NCBI GenBank assembly: GCA_048213135.1
Contig: PS015110.1
Location: forward strand, 101,368-121,367
Length of the DNA stretch: 20,000 bases
Direction of reading: 5' to 3'
From: Reclinomonas americana ATCC 50394
Taxonomy: Eukaryota
Shown here: positions 1 through 13,315 of the stretch, piece by piece
Position numbering within the stretch: the first letter of the stretch is position 1
Layout of the letters: the number at the start of each line of letters is the position of its first letter
The notes under the pieces: generated by a model
The model's input: only the letters and a program-made list of their open reading frames with translations
Told to the model about the DNA's origin: nothing
The model's database searches: none
Translations under genes and position numbers: made by a program

Positions 1-3000
1 ACTGCTCAGCGTCGTGGCCCCGGTCACCGCCACCGTTCCACCAAGCGTCACTGCGCCCGTGCCCGTGGTCAGCGTGTTCGTGCCCGGAATCGACACGTTA
101 CCGTTGAGCGTCGAGGCGCCGCCGACCGACAGCGAGCTGCTCAACGTGGTGGCACCGGCGGCGGTCAGAGTGCCACCGAGCGTGGTCGCCCCAGTGCCCA
201 CCGTAAACGTATTGGTGCCGGTCACCGACGTGTTGCCGTTAATGGTGGTCGCGCCCGTCACATTGGTGGTGCCGGTCAGCGACGTGGTGCCGTTGACCAC
301 AGTCAGATTGTTGCCAGCGGTGATGGTCACCGAGCCGGCAATGCTAGTGCCGCCGTTGAACGTGGCGAGACCCGTAAATGTCGAGGCGCCCGTCACGGCC
401 AGCGTGCCGCCAAGTGTTGTCGCACTGCCGACACCCGTCGTGAGGTTTCTCGTTGGCGAGAGCGTTACATCGCCGTTAAAGGTCGACGCGCCACCAAGAG
501 AGAACGGACCCGTGATGGTGGCGCCGCCGGCACTCACCGTCAGCGCGCCACCGAGCGTGGTGGTGCCCGAGTCGACCACCAGGTTGCCGGCGCCAAAGAG
601 ACGCACGTTGCTGTTGAAGGTCGCCGCGCCAGTGGTGTTTAGAGTGCCGCCGATCGAGGTGTTGCCGGCGGCGCTGAGCGTACCACCCAGCGTCGTCGCA
701 CCCGTGCCGACAGTGAACGTATTGGCGCCGGTCACCGATGTGTTGCCGTTCAAGGTGGTGGTGCCGGTGACCACAGAGTTGCCAGTCACTGTCGAGTTAC
801 CGGCCACAGACAGTGCGCCACTGACCGTGGTCAGGCCAGTGCCCGTCGTCAGCGTCGTGGCGCCCGTCAGTGTCGTGTTGCCAGAGAGCGTAGTGGCANN
901 NNNNNNNNNNNNNNNNNNNNNNNNNNNNNNNNNNNNNNNNNNNNNNNNNNNNNNNNNNNNNNNNNNNNNNNNNNNNNNNNNNNNNNNNNNNNNNNNNNNN
1001 NNNNNNNNNNNNNNNNNNNNNNNNNNNNNNNNNNNNNNNNNNNNNNNNNNNNNNNNNNNNNNNNNNNNNNNNNNNNNNNNNNNNNNNNNNNNNNNNNNNN
1101 NNNNNNNNNNNNNNNNNNNNNNNNNNNNNNNNNNNNNNNNNNNNNNNNNNNNNNNNNNNNNNNNNNNNNNNNNNNNNNNNNNNNNNNNNNNNNNNNNNNN
1201 NNNNNNNNNNNNNNNNNNNNNNNNNNNNNNNNNNNNNNNNNNNNNNNNNNNNNNNNNNNNNNNNNNNNNNNNNNNNNNNNNNNNNNNNNNNNNNNNNNNN
1301 NNNNNNNNNNNNNNNNNNNNNNNNNNNNNNNNNNNNNNNNNNNNNNNNNNNNNNNNNNNNNNNNNNNNNNNNNNNNNNNNNNNNNNNNNNNNNNNNNNNN
1401 NNNNNNNNNNNNNNNNNNNNNNNNNNNNNNNNNNNNNNNNNNNNNNNNNNNNNNNNNNNNNNNNNNNNNNNNNNNNNNNNNNNNNNNNNNNNNNNNNNNN
1501 NNNNNNNNNNNNNNNNNNNNNNNNNNNNNNNNNNNNNNNNNNNNNNNNNNNNNNNNNNNNNNNNNNNNNNNNNNNNNNNNNNNNNNNNNNNNNNNNNNNN
1601 NNNNNNNNNNNNNNNNNNNNNNNNNNNNNNNNNNNNNNNNNNNNNNNNNNNNNNNNNNNNNNNNNNNNNNNNNNNNNNNNNNNNNNNNNNNNNNNNNNNN
1701 NNNNNNNNNNNNNNNNNNNNNNNNNNNNNNNNNNNNNNNNNNNNNNNNNNNNNNNNNNNNNNNNNNNNNNNNNNNNNNNNNNNNCCACCGACACTGAGTG
1801 TGGACGAGAGGGTGGAGGCGCCGGCCACACTCAGCGTGCCGCCGAGCGTGGTCGCACCAGTGCCCACCGTCAGCGTGTTCGTGCCCGTAATGTTCACGTT
1901 GCCGTTGGTGTTGAGGGAGCCGTTCAGCGTCGTGGTGCCTGCCGCGGTCAGGTTGCCAGTCACGGTGGCGTTGCCGCCAATCGTGGCGTTGCCGCCGTTC
2001 AGCACCAAATTGCTGGTGCCCGTAAGCGTCACGTCGTTCGAGAACGTCGACACGCCACCCACCGACAGCGTACCGGCCAGCGTCGTCGTGCCCGTCACTG
2101 CAATGTTGCCGTTAAAGGTGGTGGTGGTTGGCGGCCCCATGCCCGCCAGAATCGTGAGACCGCCCGTAATCGTCACACCACTATTAAAGGTNNNNNNNNN
2201 NNNNNNNNNNNNNNNNNNNNNNNNNNNNNNNNNNNNNNNNNNNNNNNNNNNNNNNNNNNNNNNNNNNNNNNNNNNNNNNNNNNNNNNNNNNNNNNNNNNN
2301 NNNNNNNNNNNNNNNNNNNNNNNNNNNNNNNNNNNNNNNNNNNNNNNNNNNNNNNNNNNNNNNNNNNNNNNNNNNNNNNNNNNNNNNNNNNNNNNNNNNN
2401 NNNNNNNNNNNNNNNNNNNNNNNNNNNNNNNNNNNNNNNNNNNNNNNNNNNNNNNNNNNNNNNNNNNNNNNNNNNNNNNNNNNNNNNNNNNNNNNNNNNN
2501 NNNNNNNNNNNNNNNNNNNNNNNNNNNNNNNNNNNNNNNNNNNNNNNNNNNNNNNNNNNNNNNNNNNNNNNNNNNNNNNNNNNNNNNNNNNNNNNNNNNN
2601 NNNNNNNNNNNNNNNNNNNNNNNNNNNNNNNNNNNNNNNNNNNNNNNNNNNNNNNNNNNNNNNNNNNNNNNNNNNNNNNNNNNNNNNNNNNNNNNNNNNN
2701 NNNNNNNNNNNNNNNNNNNNNNNNNNNNNNNNNNNNNNNNNNNNNNNNNNNNNNNNNNNNNNNNNNNNNNNNNNNNNNNNNNNNNNNNNNNNNNNNNNNN
2801 NNNNNNNNNNNNNNNNNNNNNNNNNNNNNNNNNNNNNNNNNNNNNNNNNNNNNNNNNNNNNNAGCAGCACCAGTGGTGCTCAGCGTGCCAGTCAGCGCCG
2901 TGTTGCCTTGCACCAGCAGCGACGAGTTGAGTTGCGTGACGCCGCCCACCGTCAGGTTCGAGCTCGCATTCACCAGCGTGACTGAGCGGTAAAACAGGCC

Positions 3001-6000
3001 GTCACCCTGCGTCGTCAGTGCACCCGCCACTGTGGTGTCGCCAGCCACAGACAGCGAGCTGGAGAGCGTCGTCGCACCCGTCACCGACAGAGTATGCGCA
3101 TTGATAATGGACACGTCGCCGTCTACCGACAAGGAGTCCTTCATCGAGGTGGTGCTGTGGAATGTCGAGGCGCCCGTCACATCCAGCACACCGCCGAGTG
3201 TGGTCGTGCCCGTGTTGACCGTCAAGCTGGCCGCACCAATGAGTGACACATTGTCGTGCAACAGAGTCTTGCCGGTGACCTCCAGTCCGCCCGACATGGT
3301 GGTGTCGCCGGCGACAGAGAGCGTGGAGCCGAGTGAGGTGGTTCCAGAGACCACGGTCAAGTTGGCATTCGAGCTGACGGAAACGTCTTTCGTGAAATTG
3401 GAGAGTCCGCCCACCGACAGCGCGCCACCCAGCGAGGTGGTGCCACTGGTCACAACGAGCGGCACTCCGGCACTGAGCGTCACCTGTCCGTTGAATGTGG
3501 AAGTGCTTTGCGCCGTCAGCGCGCCCGACAGCGTCGTCGTGCCGGTGACACCGAGGGTGCCGCCCACCGACAGCACACCGCCAATGTTGACAGTGCGCGT
3601 CGGGTCGACCGTCACATTGTTCGAGAACGTCGACGTGCCGCTGACGGTCAGTGCTCCATTCGCCGCCAGCGTGCCCGCGACGGAAACAGACCCGCCAAAC
3701 GACGCTGCTCCCGTGCCGACGGCAAAGGTCTGTCCGTTGGCCACCGAGACGGCGCCACTGAAGAGCGAGCTGCCGGTCACACTCAGGCCGTTGGACAGGT
3801 TGCACGTACCGGTGACCAGCAGGTTCTTCACCGTGGTGGCTCCCATCAACACCGTCAGCGTGCCGGTGGTCACCGAAACGCTGCCGTCAAACTGCGCACT
3901 GCTGCCGACCGAGAGCGTCGACTGCATCTGTGCGGCACCGGCCACAACCAGAGGCCCACCCAGTGTCACTGTGCCGGTTCCGACAATAAGACCGTTGGAG
4001 CCAGCCACAGTCACGTCGGCGTTAAATGTCGACGGCGCACTGGCCGTCAGCGCACCGCCGAGAGTTGTGACACCCACCACTGACAGTGTGGTGGACATGA
4101 GCGCCGAACCAGTCACTGTCAGTGCGGCGCCGACCGCCATGTTGCCAGTGGTGGACGCAGCACCGGTCACCGTCAGGCCCGACGACAGACTCGTGTTGCC
4201 GGCGACAGTCAGTGTGCCACCAAACGAGGAGGTGCCAGAGACCACCGAAAAGGCGTTGTTGCTCAGCACCGTGACGGCACCACCAAACGAGGTGGCGCCA
4301 TTGGCCGACAGTGCACCCGCAAAAGTCGAGGTGCCAGTCACCGACAGCGTGCCCGTGACGGTGGCGTTGCCGCCAACCGCCAGCGCCGAAGTGCCGGTAA
4401 TGGTCACTGGCCCGCTGGCGGTGATCGCGCCAGTGGTGGCCGCGCCAGTGAGTGTCGTCGTGCCCGTCACGGCCAGCGCGCCGCCGAGTGTGGTCGGTCC
4501 CGACATGACCGTCAACGCCTTGCCCGTGTTGATGCTGACGTCGCTGTTGAAGAGCGACACTCCAGTCACCGTCAGTGTCGACTGCAGCTGCGTGGCACCA
4601 GTGACCGTCAATGCTCCGCCCAAGGTCGACGGCGTGCCGACACCCACAGAGAATGTGGTGCCCGCCGCCACGGTGGCCCCGCCATTAAAGGTGGCCATTC
4701 CGGTCGTCGCCAGCGTGCTACCCAGAGACGCCGCACCGGCCAGTGTCAGCGTGCCGTTGAGCGTGGTAGGCCCGGTGCCGACAGTAAAGGCCTTGGTGTC
4801 GGCCACAGAGACCGCCGACTGGAACAGCGACGCGCCGGCCACCGTCAGCGCACCACCCATGGTCGCCGTGCCGGACACCAGCAGGGTGCCGCCGAGCGAG
4901 GTGGCGGCCGTGGCCACGGTGAATCCGGCCGCGCCAAGAATCTGCACAGCGCCAGTCAAATTGGCGCCGGCCGTGGCCGAAAACAGTCCGGCCACCGACG
5001 CCGTGCCGGCCACCGTCAGGTTGCCTCCCAGCGTGGTGGCTCCGGTACCGACTTGCAGGTTGGCCGTGTTGGCCAACACCACATTGCTGGCAAACGAGGC
5101 CACACCTGTCACACCCACCGTTGAGGCAAACGTCGCGGCGCCCGCCACCGCCAACGACGAGCCGAGAGTTGTCGCCGAGTCGGTCACCGTCAGCGTGGCG
5201 CCCGTGGCCAGCGTCACACTACCTTGATGAAGCGTGGTAGATGCAGCGGTAAGTGCGCCACTCAGCAGCGTCGAGCCCGTCACACTCAGGGTGCCGCCGA
5301 GGCTGGTCGCCGCATCCGTGACTGTAAACTTGCGCGTCGTGCCAACGATCACGTCGCCACCCGCAAAGGTGACGGCGGCGTTCGTTGTCAGCACGCCGTT
5401 CAGCGTCGTGGTGCCGGCAACGGTGAGCGAGCCGCCAATCGCCGTCACGCCGGTGCCAACGGTGAGTGGTGTGGCGCTGTTGGCAATGGTCAAGGTGCCG
5501 GTCAGCGTTGTGTTGCCGCCGACGCTGAGCGACGAAGTGAGCGTGGTGGCGCCGGTCACCGCCAGCGTGGAGCCGAGCGATGTGGCACCGTTGACCACGG
5601 TCAGTGTGCGGCCCGTGGCCACTGTCACGTTCGTGTTCAAGGTGGCGGAGCCGCCACCCACCGACAGACCGGCAGTCAGCGTGGTGAGACCGTTCACCGT
5701 CAGCGAACCATTCATCGTCGTCGCACCGGTGCCGATGGTGACCGTCTGCGAGTCGGCCACCGAGAGGCCGGCATTCAGCGTGGCCAGTCCACCCACTGTC
5801 AGCGTTGACGTGAGCGACGTGGCACCGGTGACGCCCAGAGTGCCTCCGAGCACCGCAGGCGCGGTGGCCACCGTAAAGGTGGAGGTATTGCCGAGGATGG
5901 AGACGGTGTTGTTGAGGGTGGTGGCACCGTTGATGACGGCAGAACCAGAGAGCGTGCTCGCGCCGCCCACCGTCAGCGAACCGCCCAGGGCGGTGGCACC

Positions 6001-9000
6001 GCCGCCGGCAAGTGTCAGCGTGCTGCCGGCTCCAATCGTCACACTGCCGCTGAGGGTGGAAGCACCGGTCACCGAAATGGTGCTGTTGAAGGTGGAGGCG
6101 CCCGACACGGACAGCGTGCCGCCGAGTGCGACGGCGCCCGTGCCGACTGTCAGCGTGTTGGTGCCTGAGATGGTCACCGAGTTCGAGAACACGCTGGCGG
6201 CTGTCGCCGAGAGCGCACCGTTGAGTGTGGTCACGCCGCTCACCGTCAGAGAGCCGCCGAGAGTGGTGGCGGCCGAGGTGACCGCCAAGGCCGCACCCGC
6301 CGGCAACGCGATACCACCGGCAAAGGTGGCCAGTCCGCCCACCGAGAGCGTGGAGCTCATGGTGGTGGCGCCAGTGACGGCTAGACTGCCACCCAGCGAT
6401 GTGGCCGCATTCGCCACCGTCAGCGAGCTGCCCATGGCCAGCGATACGTTGCCGGCAAAAGTGGCCAGACCCGACGCACTCAGCGTGCCATTGACAACAA
6501 TCGAACCTCCCATGGCCACCGTCAGCGACTTATTCGCCGCCAGTGTCACATTGTCGTTCAGTGTCGAGGTGCCAGTCACCACCAGCGTGGAGCTGAGGGT
6601 GGTGGCGCCTGTCACCGTCACTACGCCTCCAAACGACGAGGCGCCGTTGCCGACAATCAATGCAGTGCCATTGGCCACCGTCACCGTGTTCTGGAAGAGC
6701 GCGGTTCCGGCAGCCGTCAGCGCGCCACTCAGCGTGGTCACACCCACCACCGACACGGCACCATTCACCGTCGTCAGACCCGTGCCTGTGCTCAACTTGG
6801 CCGCACCCGTCAGCGTCACGTCGCTGGCAAACGTGCTGGCACCGCCCACCGACAATGTCGACGTGAGCGCTGTGGCACCTGAGACCGACAGTGTGCCGCC
6901 GAGATTGACTGCAGTCAGGGCGCCAGTGGTCATCGTCTGGCCCATGGAGAGCGTCAGCGAGTTGTTGAAAATGCCGGCGCCGTTCACCGTCAGCGCAGAG
7001 AGCACCGTCGGACCGGTGGACACGGTCAGCGTCTTGCCGTTGCTGACATTGACGTCGCCGGAGAAGGTGGCGGTGGATGCCACCGCCAGCGTGTCGCCAA
7101 TGGTTGTCGGCACACCGGCCAGCACGCTAAACGAGGTGCCGCCAGTGACCTGCAGGCCGCCGGCCGTCGTGGCCAGTCCAGTGACCATGACGGTCGACGA
7201 GAGAGTCGTGGCGCCCGTCACACCGAGAGTGCCACCCAGCGATGTGGCGCCACCGACCACCACCAAATTGTTGGTGCCGAGCACAGTCAACGGACCACCG
7301 CCAACATTGGCGCCAGCCGTGGCCGACAGGAATCCCGACAACGTCGTCACGCCCGTCACAGTCAGCGTGCCCGACAGTGAGGCTGCACCACCGCCTACCA
7401 TCGTAAACGTGCGAGCATTAATCAGCGTCACATTGCCGTCAATGGTGGTCGCCGCCAGCAAGCTGACAGCACCGCTGAGGGTGGTGGCACCCGTCACCGC
7501 CAGCGTGCCACCGAGAATCGTGGCACCCGTGCCCACTGTCAGCGGCGTGGCGCCCGACAGAGTCACACTGGTGGCAAACGACGCGGCTCCAGTGACTTGC
7601 ACCGCGCCGGCAAAGGCGGCCGTGGAAACGTTGGAGGTCAGCGACAAGTTGCCGCCCAGAGTCACCGCGCCCGTGCCCACTGTCAGCGTGGAAGCGCCGG
7701 AGAGCGTAAGGTTACCGTTGAGAGTGGTGCCGCCAGTAATAGCAATCCCACCCAGCAGTGTCGTCAGGCCTGTCACCGACAGTGTGCCGCCAAGCGTGGT
7801 TGCGCCCGTGCCGACGGTAAATGTCTGCAAGTTGGCCAGCGACACCGCACCGTTGAATGTGGTGGTGCCGGTGACCACGAGCGTGCCGCCGAGAGCAGTG
7901 GCTCCCGACACCACCGTCAGCGACTTGCCGTTGATGACACTGACGGCGCTGTCAAAGATCGATGTGGCGCCAGTCACACTCAGTAGTCCAGTCAGCGTCG
8001 TGGTGCCGCTGACCAGCAGCGTGCCACCGAGCGACGTCGCTCCGTTGCCGACAGTGAGAGTAAACGTGTTGGCCACGCTCACATTGCCGTTCAGCGTGGT
8101 GGCGCCGCCTACAGTCAGCGTCGTGGCAAGGCTCGTGGCGCCAGAGACCACCAGCGTGGAGCCGAGGGAGGTGGCGCCGCCCGCCACCGTCAACGTGTTG
8201 ACGCCAGCCACCAGCAGGTTGCCGTTGAGGGTCGTCAGTCCCGTGACACCGAGTGTGCCAGCCAGAGTGGTGTTGCCGGTGACTGCCAGTGTGCCACCAA
8301 GTGTTGTGGCACCGGTGCCAACCGTGAGCTTGGTGCTCGCGCCCGACACGGAAACATCGTTGCTGAATGTGGAGACGCCAGTGACACCCAGCGTGCCGCC
8401 GAGAGTCGTGGCGCCAGTGGTGACCACCAGCGGTTTGCCGGCCGTCACCGTCACATCGCCAGAGAAAGTGGAGACGCCAGCGACGCCCAGTGTGCCGCCA
8501 ATGGTGGTGGCACCGCCGTTGACGGAAAAGTTGCGCACGCCCGTAATGGCCACATCGTTGTTGAAGGTGGAGGTGCCGGCGACCACCAGCGTGCCGTTCA
8601 AGGCTGTGTTACCGGTGGTGGTCAGCGAGCCGCCGAGCGTCGTCGCTCCCGACACCACCGAGAGTGTGCGCGTGGCCTCCAAGGTCACATTGCCATCAAA
8701 GGTGGACGCCGCGTTGGCCGAGAGAACACCATTGAGTGTGGTGGCACCCGCCACCGCGAGCGTGCTATTCAACGTCGTCACACCAGCCACCGTCAGTGTC
8801 GACGCGCCCGTCAGTGCCACATTGTTGGCAAACGTGGTGAGGCCGCCAACCGAGAGAGTGCTCAGCAACTGCGTCGCGCCGGTCACCGTCAGCGGTCCAC
8901 CCAGTGACACCAGGCCGGTGCTGGTGGTGACGGTTCCGTTGAGTGCCGTGGCTCCCGTCACCGTCAGCGTGCCCTGCGCCGCCACATTGCCCGTCAGCGT

Positions 9001-12000
9001 GCTCGCTCCCGTCACTGCCAGTGTGCCGCCGAGCGAGGTGGCCCCGCCGACCACCGTGAACGGACTCGTGCCCTGCACTGTGGTCGGGCCATTGAACTCC
9101 GCAGCCGACACGGCGTTGTTGGCAAAGATTGTGCCGGCCGAGGTGAGCGTCTGGCCCACCTGCACGGCCTGTTGGAAGTTGGCCAGGCCGCCAGTGACAG
9201 TCAGTGTCTTGGAGTTGGTGACCACAACGTCGCCGTTAAACGTCGTCGTGCCTTGCACCGACAGCGTCGACGCCAGAGCCGTCGCGCCGGTCACATTCAG
9301 CGTGCCGCCAAGAGTAGAAACTCCCGTGCCGACATTGAAGGCGTTGGCGCCGGTCACCGACAGTGTGCCGTTGACAGTGGTGGCCGCCGACACGGCCAGA
9401 GTGCCGCCGAGCACCGTGGCACCAGTGCCGACGGTGAATGTATTGGTTCCGGTGATGGAGACATTGTTGTTGAAGGTGGTGGCACCGTTGGCCGTCAGCG
9501 GACCCGTCAGAGTCGAAGCGCCCGTCACATTCAGAGCACCGCCCAGCGACGTGATGCCGTTGCCGACGGTGAGGGGGACGCCGGCGGCCAGAGTCACGGC
9601 CGAACCGAAACTGGTGGCGCCGGCCACCGCCAGCGAGCCACCCAGTGTGGTGGCGCCGGTGCCGACAGTGAACGGACTGGTGCTGGTCACCGACAGCGCG
9701 CCATTGATGGTGGCACCGCCGTTGGCGGTAAGGAGGCCAGTCAGCGTGCTCGTGCCGCCAATCGTCAGCGTGTTGGTGCCACTGACAGCCACGTTGCCAC
9801 TGAAAGTGCTGGCGCCGCTGACCGACAGCGTGCCACCAAGAGTGGTGGCACCCGTCGCGACGGCAAAGTTGGCCGGCGACGCCACCGTGACATTGTCGCT
9901 GAGTGTGGTGGTGCCGGAGACGGCGAGTGTGCCGTTGAGAATGGTGGGACCGGCCGTGCTGACACCAATGTTGCCGGAGAATACGAGATTGCCGACGACA
10001 GTGAGACTGCCATTGACGGTGGTCGACGTGGCCGGAATGATCACGGTGCCGCCATTGGTGCCGAGCGACACTTGCGTGCCCGACGCCGACAGCACACTCG
10101 AGGTGCCGACCACGGCGTCGAGCTTGGTGTTGCCCTTGATGAAGATCTCCGGGGCCACCAGCGCCATTTGCGTGCGCGTGCCACCGGATCCAACCTCGCC
10201 CAGCGTGAGCGAAATGTTGCCGAGGGCGCCGCTCGTGCGCGTAATGGTGATGACATCGGAGGCGGGGTTGATGACGACGCTGCCGGCCTGGTTGGCGGCA
10301 TTGGTGGCCGTCAGCGTAATCGACGACTTGGACGACACACTCATCACATCGGCGAGAATCGATGCCGACGCGGCATTCGCCGTGCCGTTGGCCGACACCG
10401 TGAAGGCGCCGGTGGCCAGCACATTGTGGTTGGTGACACGCGCTGTCAAGTCAATGTTACCGGCGACCATGCCGGCACCGATGTTGAAGACGGTGGTGCC
10501 GAGTTGATTGATGACAGTGAAAGTGGTGGCCGTCACCGAATGCGTGTTTTGCACCACCGCCGTGTACGACGAGCCGGCCACCGACACCGCAGTGCCATTC
10601 GGCGCCACGTACTGGCCGAGACGGAGTGTGCCGAGCTCGGAGCCGAGGGTGAGGGTGGACGGGGTGATGCTGTGCGTGGTGCCCGACATGGTCACCGTCG
10701 GTGCCACCAACGAGAAGAGCGACGACGGCGCCACATCCAACGTCGTACTCGTCATGCGTGTGTATGGACCTGTGATGCGCAAGCTCGGTGCACCCGACGT
10801 GCCTGGCGTCAAATCCGACTCCACGACCACGGTCGATCCTTGCATGGTGACCGAGGGGCCTGAAAGTGCGCCAATCGCCACTTGGGTCGTGGTCGCCGCC
10901 GCAATGCCCATGACGATGCGGTTGCCGGCCAGCGTCAGCTGTGTGGTGTTGACGCTCGAGCCGACAATGACCTTCGGGCCGATAACCTGCAGCAAGCCAG
11001 CCGTCGTCTGTCCGAGATCGACCAAGTACTGCTGTGCGGCTTGCGTGGCCGCCAACTGTGCACTCGTGTCGAGAAGCACCAGTTGCGAGGTGGCCGCCAG
11101 CACTGGATTCACGCTCAGCGTCACGCCGCCCGAGGTGGCACCCGACGACTTGATGGTCGCCTGTCGCGCCAGCAACGAAAACGTGTCGATCTCAGTGGCC
11201 GTCGGCGTCTGCACCGACACGGTGCCAGTGGCCTGCAGCGCCAGCGAGTACGACTTGAGGGTGATGCTGTTGGTGTTGATCGACGGCACCGTCTGCACCG
11301 TAATGGTGCTCGTGGCCGGTTCGCCCACCACGCTTCCATCGCCGCCGATAAGCATGGTGGCGGCCTTGGTGCTCCACGCACCCGTCACCAGCGCCTGCAG
11401 CGACACGCCACGCGTCGTAATGGTGGTCAACGTCTGACCGAGGGTCAGCGAACCCGACGGACGCAGCAGCAGGTTGGTGGGCGTAAAGTCGTACGACGGT
11501 CCCACAAACGAGGCCGTGCCACTGGCCAGCGTCATGGTGAAGGGACCGGTGTTGAGCGCAAACGATGTCGCCGTCGTCATGGTCAGCGTCGGCAACGTAA
11601 TCGTGTTGTTCAGCGCCACATCCGAGGCCGACAGCGCAAATTGCTTGCTGGCCACCGTCACCACCGCGTTCGCCGCATTGCCGAGGTTGACGGCCGTCGG
11701 CAGCGCCGCACCGGAACTGCCGAGATTGATGGTCGACGCGGCCGCGGCAGTGAACACACCGCCGGCAACCGTCGCGTCCATGGTAATCAGAGGCGCCTTG
11801 GCCGTCAGCATCTTGGTGGCGGCGCGCGTGTCCAGATCCAGTGACACCACTTGCGTCTCGTCAAACAGCTGCATGCGCTGCGTGGTCATGGAGAAGGTGG
11901 CCGGCGTCGCCGCTGCACCCTGCTTGACAACCACCGACGAGGTGCCGGTCTCGTTGAACGACGTCAACGCCATGGCCTCGGCGTTGAGCGTAAAGGAGCG

Positions 12001-13315
12001 CGACTGTGCGCCACCCGAAGTGCCCGTCAGCAAGTGCGCATTGGCCGCGTACGTGGTCATGTTGAAGGTGGTGGCGGTGATGGTGTTGGACACGTTTGCC
12101 GCCGCCGTCGTGAGCGCGATCGATGTGGTGGTGGCCGTCGTACCAATCGTCACCGTTGGGGCGGTGANNNNNNNNNNNNNNNNNNNNCCAGGTGGTGCCG
12201 GAGAGGGTGGCCGTCGGGGCGGTGAGCGTCAGCGAGGTGCCAATGTTCATCGTCACGGTGTTGGAGGCGAGAGTGAACACGGGGAGCGTGAACAAGTTGG
12301 TGCCGACGGCCGACCACGCGGTGATGGTAAATGTGCCGGCGTCGGCGGTCAACGAGGTGAGCAGGTTGTTGCCGAGGACAATGCTGGTGGTGAGCGAGGC
12401 CGTGTTGCCGGCATTCTTGTTCTTGCCAATCTCCACCGCCAAGCCATCCAGGGTGACGCCGTTCGTGCCATTGGCGCGAATACGAGAGCACTCGACGCGC
12501 GCCGGGAACGTGGGATCATTGTCCAGCGTCATGGCGCACAGAGACGAGGTGCCGCGCGACATGACCACCGTGCTCGGTGTGCCGGCCGTCACCACCAGTC
12601 CCGACACATTGGCGCCAGAGCCAACTTGCATCGAGGCTGCGACGGTGGCCAGCGCCGTGTATGTGCCGGCATTCAGCGCCACGGTCGTCACCGGCGAAGC
12701 ATTCGTGCCGATGCGCAGCTGCGTCGTGGCCAACAAGTCAATGTTCGCCGCCGTCGTGGTCACCAGGGTCGAAGATGTCAGCGCAATGTTCGTGTTGACA
12801 ATGGCGCCAGCGGAGCCAATCGTCACCGTCGGAGACGCCAGTGTCACTGAGGTGCCATAGGTGGCCGACAGCGTGGCGGCCGCCAGAGTCATGCTCGGCG
12901 TTGCCGAAGTGCCAATGCTGGTCGCACCCGACGGAGTCACCACAAACGTGGAGACGGTGGCAGAAAAGGCGGGTGAACCGCTGACAGTGAGCGACGTGCT
13001 GGTGGCCAGGTTGAGCACCGGCGTCGTCACCGTCGACTGTGTGGTGGCCGCCACAAGGAACCGATTGACCGAATAGTTAATGTCGGAGCTCGCTGTCACG
13101 TTGATGTTGGCGGCGCGCTCTGTCAGCGTGGAGAGTGCAGCACTACCAATCGACACTTGCACGCCGGTGGTGGCGCCAAGAGTGAGCGAGCCCGCCGCAC
13201 CCGTATCGACCAGCACTGAAGCAAGCGCCGTCAGCGTCGCCGCATTGTTGAGGCTCAGGGAGCCGAGGTCCAGCTGACCGCCGATCGAGCCGCCAAAGCC
13301 GGCACCGGCGCGGAT
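1..13315 (-). CDS. Exon 16: giant exon (IRAGAGFGG... to window edge ...[14 protein letters not shown]), interrupted only by assembly gaps
   Basis: Acceptor TGCAG at 13316 (phase 0). Sequenced segments 12188-13315, 2863-12167, 1785-2191 and 1-898 each read in the same protein style. Frame changes occur only across N gaps, so introns hidden in the gaps cannot be excluded. Confidence 0.85.

Larger units (their letters stand above)
1..10025 (-). repeat. Coding tandem repeat: degenerate 12-aa unit (G-A-T-T-L/F-x-G-T-L-x-V-T) grouped into 33- and 45-aa higher-order units
   Basis: Examples: [45 protein letters not shown] (45 aa) and [33 protein letters not shown] (33 aa). The pattern recurs through the 3326-aa ORF and the flanking contigs. 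Confidence 0.9.

Noticed and set aside
797-2870. ORF ends at 797, 2173 and 2184 suggesting a stop codon or several genes
   Set aside because: These stops arise from reading through N gaps of estimated length into the wrong frame. Each sequenced island has its own frame encoding the same repeat.
1-10025. CRISPR-like or DNA-level tandem array; ice-binding protein
   Set aside because: Repeats are conserved at protein level with variable third positions, and there are no identical repeats with unique spacers. Thr is abundant but lacks the strict regular TxT register needed to call an antifreeze or ice-nucleation protein.
12150-12200. Apparent frameshift or separate gene start at 12153 (3326-aa ORF)
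   Set aside because: The frame change coincides with a 20-N placeholder gap and the protein style is continuous across it. The ORF 'start' is an internal GTG (Val) codon. There is no evidence for a pseudogene or programmed frameshift.
14-12860. Very long plus-strand ORFs rich in V/P/T/S/A (e.g. 14..2992, 3032..5227, 5234..10507, 10508..11437)
   Set aside because: Antisense shadows of the repetitive, GC-rich minus-strand gene. All splice signals and pyrimidine tracts point to the minus strand.
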